From: Chromatiales bacterium
Lineage (GTDB): Bacteria > Pseudomonadota > Gammaproteobacteria > Steroidobacterales > GCA-2729495
NCBI GenBank assembly: GCA_002688175.1
Contig: NZCC01000024.1
Location: 18,126-82,125, forward strand
Direction of reading: 5' to 3'
Length of the DNA stretch: 64,000 nt
Positions within the stretch are counted from its first letter, which is position 1. Every line of letters starts with the position of its first letter. Positions 57,385 through 64,000 of the stretch are shown piece by piece. Made by a program: the position numbers and the translations under genes. The notes under the pieces are model-generated. The model did no database searches, was not told the origin of the DNA, and was given only the letters and a program-made list of their open reading frames with translations.

Positions 57385-59367
57385 TTACTGCGCTTCAGGC
57401 AGGGCATACGCCAACAGGTAATCATTCACACCGTGCGCGTAATACCAGCTGTGTCCGCCGGCCGCGATCACGACGAATTGCCTCCCACCAGCCTCGTAGG
57501 TCATGGGTGTCGCCATCGCTGAGGTCGACATCATGTCCTGCCAGAGCTCCTCACCAGTGTCGATATCGAACGCGCGAAACCGCGAGTCAGCCGTCGCACC
57601 GATGAAGATCAGACCACCGCCGGTCACGATCGGGCCACCGGCTGATGGCGCACCCCAGTTCAACGGCACCGGCACCGGTACCAGCTTGTCCAGCACCCCA
57701 AAAGGGACCTTCCATTTGATTTCTCCTACCGACATGTCGACCGCCACCAACTGATTCCACGGCGGCGCCGTGCAGGGCGAGAAGAACGGTGACATCAGCG
57801 GTCCCTGTTCAACCGCGTAGGGCGTACCGCCAATGTATCCCGGTACCTGCATGGGTGCGCCAGCCTGCGGCAACTTTGCCGTTTTCGGATCAACTTCCTC
57901 TCTTGGCACCAGGCGAATGAAATAAGGGATCTCAGACACCGGTGTTATCAGCATATTGCGCTCGGGATCGAAGGCTCCACCCCCCCAGTTACTGCCACCG
58001 CCAACTTGCGGATACATGATCGTGCCCTGGGTGGTGGGCGGCTCATACATCTCCCCCCAGCGTAGTGCCTCAATCTTTTTACGGCACACGCTGCGATCAA
58101 AAATCGTGAATCCCCAGGCATCATCCGGCGTGATGCCCATCCTGACAAGGGGTGGCGGTTTGACCGTGAACGGCTGGGTTGGCGACAAATGCTCACCGGG
58201 AATACCAGCAGTTGATACGGGTCGCTCCTCAATCGGAAACAGCGACTCGCCTGTCTCGCGATTAAACGTGAATGCCATGCCTGATTTACTCAGCTGGATA
58301 ACAGCAGGAATTACCTCGCCGTCACGACGAATATCAACGACGATGGGCGCAGCCGGCATATCACGATCCCAGACATCGTGATGAACAACCTGAAAATGCC
58401 AGACTACTTCACCGGTCGTACCCCGCAAGGCAACAATCGAATTGGCATAGCGATTGTCACCGGGACGATGGACACCCCAGAAATTTGGTGCCGGACTTGC
58501 CGTGGGCAGGAACAGCAAGTCCCGCTCGCTGTCGGTCGACATGATCGTCCAGACATTTCCGCCACCGACATTCTGTGGCGTTGCTTCCAGTCCCTCGCTG
58601 GCAACACGCACCAACGGATCAAATGTCCAGCGCAACTTGCCATTGCGGGCGTCAAAACCGCGGATGGCTCCGTTGACCGAGTTGGCACTCTTAAATTTAT
58701 TCGCGGTAGTCGTCACCACTACCACACCATTAATCACTGCCGCAGGAGACAGTAACTGCGTACCAATGACGCCCTTCGCCGGTTCCATAGCCTCGACATG
58801 AGGACGAACATCCACAACACCCTCGCTGCCGAACTCAGGACACAACTCACCATCACGCGCATCAATCGCCAGCAAAGTCAGGTCCGGAAGCGGCAGGAAT
58901 AATCGGGTTGCACAGCGCGCATCAGCAGCAGCTTTGGGGTCGCGCCACTGGCTCAGGCCCCGACATTTGAATCGGCCAGCATACGGCACCTTCTTGAACT
59001 TGGGTTCGTACGCCCAACGTTCAGCACCGCTCTGTGGGTCCAGTGCAATAACCTTGGTAAAAGGTGTGCAGACAATCAGGTGACCACCGGCTTCCTCGGG
59101 CAATAATATCGGTGTCGCCTGAAAATCGATGAACATCTTAAGCTTCGGATTCTCTTCGACCGCACCGGTACGATAAGTCCAGGCAAGCTCGAGGGCACCG
59201 ACATTATCGCGATTGATTTGATCCAGCGCAGAAAAGCGACCGCCGCCCTCATCACCACCATAATGCATCCAGGTTTGCGCAACAGCGCTCGAAACAGGAA
59301 GCAGAAGCAGAAGCAAAATACAGGCGGGCGGAAACGAAATAACTCGATTTGACTGCAACATAAACAT
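57385..59367 (-). CDS. PQQ-dependent dehydrogenase (glucose/quinate/shikimate family, signal peptide, no multi-TM anchor)
   Basis: WMHYGGD, FQATP, KCRGL, QVVHHDVWDRD, GGPIVTGGGLIFIGA, TPMTYE; start set to ATG 59367. Confidence 0.9.
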   Translation of the reverse strand: MFMLQSNRVISFPPACILLLLLLPVSSAVAQTWMHYGGDEGGGRFSALDQINRDNVGALELAWTYRTGAVEENPKLKMFIDFQATPILLPEEAGGHLIVCTPFTKVIALDPQSGAERWAYEPKFKKVPYAGRFKCRGLSQWRDPKAAADARCATRLFLPLPDLTLLAIDARDGELCPEFGSEGVVDVRPHVEAMEPAKGVIGTQLLSPAAVINGVVVVTTTANKFKSANSVNGAIRGFDARNGKLRWTFDPLVRVASEGLEATPQNVGGGNVWTIMSTDSERDLLFLPTASPAPNFWGVHRPGDNRYANSIVALRGTTGEVVWHFQVVHHDVWDRDMPAAPIVVDIRRDGEVIPAVIQLSKSGMAFTFNRETGESLFPIEERPVSTAGIPGEHLSPTQPFTVKPPPLVRMGITPDDAWGFTIFDRSVCRKKIEALRWGEMYEPPTTQGTIMYPQVGGGSNWGGGAFDPERNMLITPVSEIPYFIRLVPREEVDPKTAKLPQAGAPMQVPGYIGGTPYAVEQGPLMSPFFSPCTAPPWNQLVAVDMSVGEIKWKVPFGVLDKLVPVPVPLNWGAPSAGGPIVTGGGLIFIGATADSRFRAFDIDTGEELWQDMMSTSAMATPMTYEAGGRQFVVIAAGGHSWYYAHGVNDYLLAYALPEAQ

Positions 59368-59788
59368 CAGATCCCAATAAAGCAGGTCAAACAGTAGCAA
59401 AATGGCTAAAATTCGCCAATCCGGGCCATATCTATGACTTGGTAGCCTCGGCCCAAGCCGGAAAATACCCTGTCTAACAGCCTTTTTCAGTAACCAGCAA
59501 CGATCACGCCAACTAACCGAACATTGGACATTGCACCACATAGAGCCCGAAAGGACTCCACTGACAGGCCCGTGAAGTTGACCCTCATTGTAGTGGCCGT
59601 ATACTCCATCACGTGTAAGGGCTTCACCGATCCGGGCATGGTGTTGCCTTGGGCTGTTGAAATACAATAATGCCAGGCCGCGACAAGGGGATGTCCGGCG
59701 AGAATTGCGCCCCAGAATTATGGTGACCGTTCGGACTGCTGCCTGTAGTCAGGCTAATAAAGACCGGGGATATGAAGGAGACTCTTCG

Positions 59789-60352
59789 ATGAAACGAATG
59801 ATAATGGCAGCGGCATTGCTGCTGCTGGCTGGCGCAGCCATGGCTGAAGGCGAGCCAAAATTTATTGTTGGCACAGCTGCAGCCTTTTCAGATTTTAAGG
59901 GCGATCCTAGCTATCCCGTTGATGATTCCGGGCTCGGCATCCAGATCTATGCTCAGGCTCGCGCCAATTCCTGGTTTGCTATTGAGGGTGGTTACTTCAG
60001 CAGCGGTGAGTTCTCACAAGATATAGACCCTGGTAATAACGGTACTGTTGACCTCTCAATGACTGGCTTCAATATTGCTGCTGTTGGTTTTATTCCGATC
60101 TTTCCAAATGCCGAGAACGACCTGGATTTATACGGCAAACTTGGTTTATATGATTTTGATATTGACCGGACCGTGCAAGAAGGCAATTCCCAGGTACCGG
60201 GCTCATTAGGCCATTCGACGGGTTTATTTGCCGGGGTTGGCATCGTACTCAATATCGGCAGTAACATCGGGATCCGTACTGAAGCTTTATACTTTGATAT
60301 TGACAATGCTGATCTGTGGACCCTGAATATGGGTGTCCAGATCGGATTCTGA
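59789..60352 (+). CDS. Small outer-membrane beta-barrel protein (OmpA-like membrane domain)
   Basis: Signal peptide MKRMIMAAALLLLAGAAMA, FAIEGGY, YGKLG, C-terminal GVQIGF. Confidence 0.8.
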   Translation: MKRMIMAAALLLLAGAAMAEGEPKFIVGTAAAFSDFKGDPSYPVDDSGLGIQIYAQARANSWFAIEGGYFSSGEFSQDIDPGNNGTVDLSMTGFNIAAVGFIPIFPNAENDLDLYGKLGLYDFDIDRTVQEGNSQVPGSLGHSTGLFAGVGIVLNIGSNIGIRTEALYFDIDNADLWTLNMGVQIGF

Positions 60353-60373
60353 TTTACTTTTTGAGGGGCAGGC

Positions 60374-62443
60374 ATGCTTGACAGCCTCCGGCCCACTGAC
60401 ATCAAACCGACCAAACGAAGCGCTTGGCATCAACTGGTCGGTTTTTTTGTGCGGTACCGAATCGTAATCTGGCTATGGCTCGTTACTGCGCTTTTTACCG
60501 GATCATCAGGGCATGCATCGGACTGGCTGTACTATGGCGGCACACAGGGCGGCACGCATCATTCTTCTTTGCAACAGATCAGCCGCGACAATGTAGGTGA
60601 TCTGGAACTTGCCTGGTCTTATCGCACCGGTGCACTTAAACGCCACCCGCAAATCGGCTTCCCGGGCGCGGCGAGTTTTCATGTAACGCCGATCCTGCTG
60701 CCGAAAGCGGCCGGACAGTCACTGGCTTTCTGCACACCGTTCAATCGTATTATCGCGCTGGACCCAACCAATGGCGATGAACGCTGGACCTTCGAACCCA
60801 AACTTAAGCCCCCCTCGCCCGGCGGACGTTTCAATTGCCGTGGTATCGCTTACTGGCAGGATGCCATGCCGGCAGGCAACAGCTGCAAGCATCGTCTGTT
60901 CATGGGCACGTTTGACCTGCAGGTGCTCGCCGTCGATGCGCAAACCGGCCAGGCTTGCGAGGACTTTGGTAATAACGGCGCAATCGATGTCTGGCACATG
61001 GTCGAAGCCGAAGTCGAAGCCAAGGCCGGGCTGACCGGCCTGCCGGCAGATCTTCGGCCGGGCGATATCCAGTTTTCTGCTCCCCCGGCTGTGGTCGGCA
61101 ACCTGGTCATTGTCGGCAGCAGCAACAACACCAAGTCCAGGCGTATCGATGGACCCAACGGAGTCATCCGTGCATTCAATGCGCGCAACGGAAAACTGGT
61201 CTGGTCATTCGACCCGGTACCACGCAACCCGAATGATCCCGAGACCAAAAACTGGACCGAAGCTGCACTGCAAAACACCGGAGCGGCCAACGCCTGGAGC
61301 ATTCTGTCTGTCGATGAAGAACGCGATCTCATCTTCCTGCCAACCGGCAGCGCCTCTCCTGATTTCTATGGCGGCAAACGGCCGGGTGATAATCGCTACG
61401 CCAACTCCATCATTGCGTTGCGCGGTTCGACAGGTGAAGTAGTCTGGCATTACCAGATCGTTCACCATGATGTCTGGGACCTCGACATCCCCTCCCAGCC
61501 GATCCTGACAACCCTGCGCATAGATGACACCGAAATACCGGTGGTCGTACAACTAACCAAGCAAGGCATGACTTTTGTCCTGCATCGCGAAACCGGTGAA
61601 CCGGTGTTCGGCGTAGAAGAGCGTCCGGTTCCGCAAGACGGCGTGCCGGGCGATCAACTGTCACCCACTCAGCCCTACCCGTATTTCCCGCCGCCGCTGG
61701 TACCGATGTCACTGACGAGTGATGACGCATGGGGCTTCACAGTGCTCGACCGTAACTATTGCCGTGACTGGATCGAACGTTCGCGAACCGATCATTTCTA
61801 TGCGCCACCAACACCCGAAGGGACGGCAAATTTTCCCGGCATGAGCGTCAACAACTGGGGTGGAGGCGCGCTGACGCCGGATGATGTCCTGATCGTGCCG
61901 ATCAACCGTGCCGCAATCGTTCGCACCCTTAAATCGATTGCTACGATCGATCCCGAAGCATTAAGCGGCAAAATGGCCGGCCTGATGGGCACACTCGGAC
62001 ATCTTAACGGTTCCGATTATGCACAAAGCATGGTCCCGATGCTGTCCTTCATCATGTCGCCCTGCACGGCACCGCCATGGGGCGAACTTGCGGCACTCGA
62101 CCTGCGCACCGGGGAGATGCTCTGGCGCAGGCCACTCGGCGTACTCGACAAGCTCATGCCTGTACCGATCCCGCTTAATTGGGGCACCCCCTCCGCCGGC
62201 GGACCTATTTCAACAGCCGGTGGGCTCGTATTTATTGGCGCGACAGCCGACGAACGGTTCCGGGCATTCGACATCTCCACCGGCGAGCAGCTCTGGGAAA
62301 CCATGACGCCGACCGCTGCGATGGCGATCCCGATGACCTATGAAGTTGACGGTAAACAGTATGTCGTCGTTGCTGCCGGCGGGCATATGTGGCTGTACGG
62401 AAGGAAAGTTTCTGACTACCTGGTCGCCTACGCCCTGCCCTGA
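60374..62443 (+). CDS. PQQ-dependent dehydrogenase, paralog of 57385-59367
   Basis: WLYYGG, FHVTP, NCRGI, QIVHHDVWDLD, GGPISTAGGLVFIGA, PMTYE. Confidence 0.9.
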   Translation: MLDSLRPTDIKPTKRSAWHQLVGFFVRYRIVIWLWLVTALFTGSSGHASDWLYYGGTQGGTHHSSLQQISRDNVGDLELAWSYRTGALKRHPQIGFPGAASFHVTPILLPKAAGQSLAFCTPFNRIIALDPTNGDERWTFEPKLKPPSPGGRFNCRGIAYWQDAMPAGNSCKHRLFMGTFDLQVLAVDAQTGQACEDFGNNGAIDVWHMVEAEVEAKAGLTGLPADLRPGDIQFSAPPAVVGNLVIVGSSNNTKSRRIDGPNGVIRAFNARNGKLVWSFDPVPRNPNDPETKNWTEAALQNTGAANAWSILSVDEERDLIFLPTGSASPDFYGGKRPGDNRYANSIIALRGSTGEVVWHYQIVHHDVWDLDIPSQPILTTLRIDDTEIPVVVQLTKQGMTFVLHRETGEPVFGVEERPVPQDGVPGDQLSPTQPYPYFPPPLVPMSLTSDDAWGFTVLDRNYCRDWIERSRTDHFYAPPTPEGTANFPGMSVNNWGGGALTPDDVLIVPINRAAIVRTLKSIATIDPEALSGKMAGLMGTLGHLNGSDYAQSMVPMLSFIMSPCTAPPWGELAALDLRTGEMLWRRPLGVLDKLMPVPIPLNWGTPSAGGPISTAGGLVFIGATADERFRAFDISTGEQLWETMTPTAAMAIPMTYEVDGKQYVVVAAGGHMWLYGRKVSDYLVAYALP

Positions 62444-62616
62444 CCCGGGAGCCACTTTAGCAGGCCTGCAGACCACCTATCGAACGCGAGCCAGCTCATT
62501 CGAGCCAGCATTTCCAGAGCACCCAACATCGGCTACACTCTGCGGCCCGATGTTTTGCAGGCACAGTGAACCATAAACCCGCCACAAGACAAGAAGATTC
62601 TCAAAGGATAAAAACA

Positions 62617-63504
62617 ATGGCTAGCAAATTCGAAACAAGCATCGATTTCAGGAACCCGATCTGGAATCGCGACACCTGGGCGCGAATACAGGGCGACCTG
62701 AACCCAGAGAACGAACGCATCGGCTATGCCGCCGGAGAGATTCTCGGCGTCAAACCCGGTGAGGCAGCCAAGCCCCTGTGTGGCTACGAAGTTTTCCTCG
62801 CCACGCGCCTGATTCCACAAGAAGACGGCAACTATCGCCGCCTGAACAAGGAAGTCATTTTCTACACCGATCTGAACCCGGACCCGGGCAGTCGACGCAT
62901 GATCGATAAGTGGACAAACCCCTGGACTGATGAAGAAGTCGATGTCGTGCACGTAGCCAACGATCCGTTCAACTACACAATCAGCGATACACTGATTCTC
63001 GCCCCCGAGGATTTCCCTACGGATGGCTCGCCGCCAAAAATGCGCAAAATTCCGCTGATGTTCCCGTGGCGCCAGGTGGGCGACAAGCTGATGCTGAGCA
63101 CCGACATGCATCTGTGTTATCCGAACTCACTGCAGCCGGACAAGTGGCCTCGCGAATCAAGCGGTCCGTTGGCACAGGTATCAGAGATGATGCGCTACTG
63201 GATCGACGTTGCCGATGTCGAGAATCCTGACCTGACCTCCATCGCTTATCAGGGTACCTGGAGCCGTATTACGCCATGGCTGCCATGGATGCTGATGGGC
63301 ATGGAACCAGGACATTGCGTCTATCTCGGGCTGATGGCCGGCGGTCCGAGCAACAGCAGAGATATCGTGCCTCAGCATGTGCAGGACTTTGCGAATGATC
63401 GTTACCCGGGAATGCTGTCATCACCAACCGAGGACTACGGTCCGAGTATTTCCAGCCTTGAGTACTACGCGAAGAATCAGACCCCTGCCCCTGTTAAGGA
63501 CTGA
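62617..63504 (+). CDS. DUF1838-like protein (no signal peptide seen)
   Basis: EVIFYTD, WTNPWTDE, ANDPFN, WSRITPWLPWMLMG. Confidence 0.75.
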   Translation: MASKFETSIDFRNPIWNRDTWARIQGDLNPENERIGYAAGEILGVKPGEAAKPLCGYEVFLATRLIPQEDGNYRRLNKEVIFYTDLNPDPGSRRMIDKWTNPWTDEEVDVVHVANDPFNYTISDTLILAPEDFPTDGSPPKMRKIPLMFPWRQVGDKLMLSTDMHLCYPNSLQPDKWPRESSGPLAQVSEMMRYWIDVADVENPDLTSIAYQGTWSRITPWLPWMLMGMEPGHCVYLGLMAGGPSNSRDIVPQHVQDFANDRYPGMLSSPTEDYGPSISSLEYYAKNQTPAPVKD

Positions 63505-63528
63505 TGCTCAGCCGCTGAAGAAGGCAGT

Positions 63529-64000
63529 TTGAATCGCGACAACAACCAGCCGCGTCGCGGGGAAGAACCCTTCCCCGCGACAGGCTATGCCTGGTACGTT
63601 GCCGTTGTCCTGACGCTTGCCCACATTGTCTCGTTTCTCGACCGCCAGGTTCTGGCCCTGCTCGTCGAGCCAATCAAACGTGACCTGCAGATCAATGATA
63701 CGCAAATGAGCCTGTTACTCGGGCTAGCATTTGCCATCTTTTATACGGTCATGGCGATTCCAATCGGCCGGCTCGCCGACCGTAAGAGCCGGCGCACAAT
63801 CATCACCATGGGAATCACGGCCTGGTGCGCCATGACCGCGATGTGCGGTCTGACACGTAACTACTGGCAACTGTTTATAGCGCGCATCGGCGTCGGCGTC
63901 GGCGAAGCGACTTTGACACCCAGTGCGCTATCGATGCTCAGCGACTACTTTCCACGCCACAAACTGGGTGCTGCAATCGGCTTCTATAACATGGGCGTAT
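63529..64000 (+). CDS. MFS transporter, partial (runs off window), paralog of 44549-45922
   Basis: Translated by hand from TTG 63529: GYAWYVAVVLTLAHIVSFLDRQVLALLVEPIKRDL...GRLADRKSRR...ARIGVGVGEA...SDYFP; absent from the ORF track because it has no stop in the window. Confidence 0.88.
   Translation, partial: MNRDNNQPRRGEEPFPATGYAWYVAVVLTLAHIVSFLDRQVLALLVEPIKRDLQINDTQMSLLLGLAFAIFYTVMAIPIGRLADRKSRRTIITMGITAWCAMTAMCGLTRNYWQLFIARIGVGVGEATLTPSALSMLSDYFPRHKLGAAIGFYNMGV

Noticed and set aside
59368..59788. Long N-terminal extensions of the PQQ and beta-barrel ORFs
   Set aside because: Signal peptides begin at 59367 and 59789, so the interval is better read as a divergent promoter region.
1..64000. 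CRISPR arrays, tRNA/rRNA genes, transposases, integrases
   Set aside because: None recognised by eye; intergenic gaps are short and lack repeat-spacer periodicity. A tRNAscan/Infernal run would be needed to exclude small RNAs.

Overview
Bacterial chromosomal window, most consistent with a marine-type Gammaproteobacterium (inferred from cysB, cysG and nap gene content; not verified). From left to right: arylesterase, FG-GAP/ASPIC protein, heme O synthase; a sulfur-assimilation/tetrapyrrole block (cysH, cysB, cysG, cysK, short hemA-like, hemB); a ~21 kb minus-strand operon queD - nucleoside deaminase - SAM methyltransferase - NRPS (4 modules) - NRPS (2 modules) - folE; a divergent coenzyme F420 operon (npdG, cofE, cofD, cofC, fbiC); a 5'-truncated methionine gamma-lyase-like gene; M1 aminopeptidase, class II aldolase, MFS, and a methyltransferase/hydrolase operon; a periplasmic nitrate reductase operon with a napG/napH deletion scar; and a block of LLM oxidoreductases, DUF1838-like proteins, PQQ dehydrogenases and MFS. 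The best candidate for an undescribed system is the NRPS operon. It pairs GTP-to-6-carboxytetrahydropterin enzymes with a starter adenylation domain that lacks the amino-binding Asp and carries an inserted PRMT-like methyltransferase. It has no release domain and two near-twin terminal modules. This suggests a bacterial methylated pterin/lumazine-capped (or 7-deazapurine-capped) nonribosomal peptide. All family assignments come from motif recognition by eye; no database search was run.
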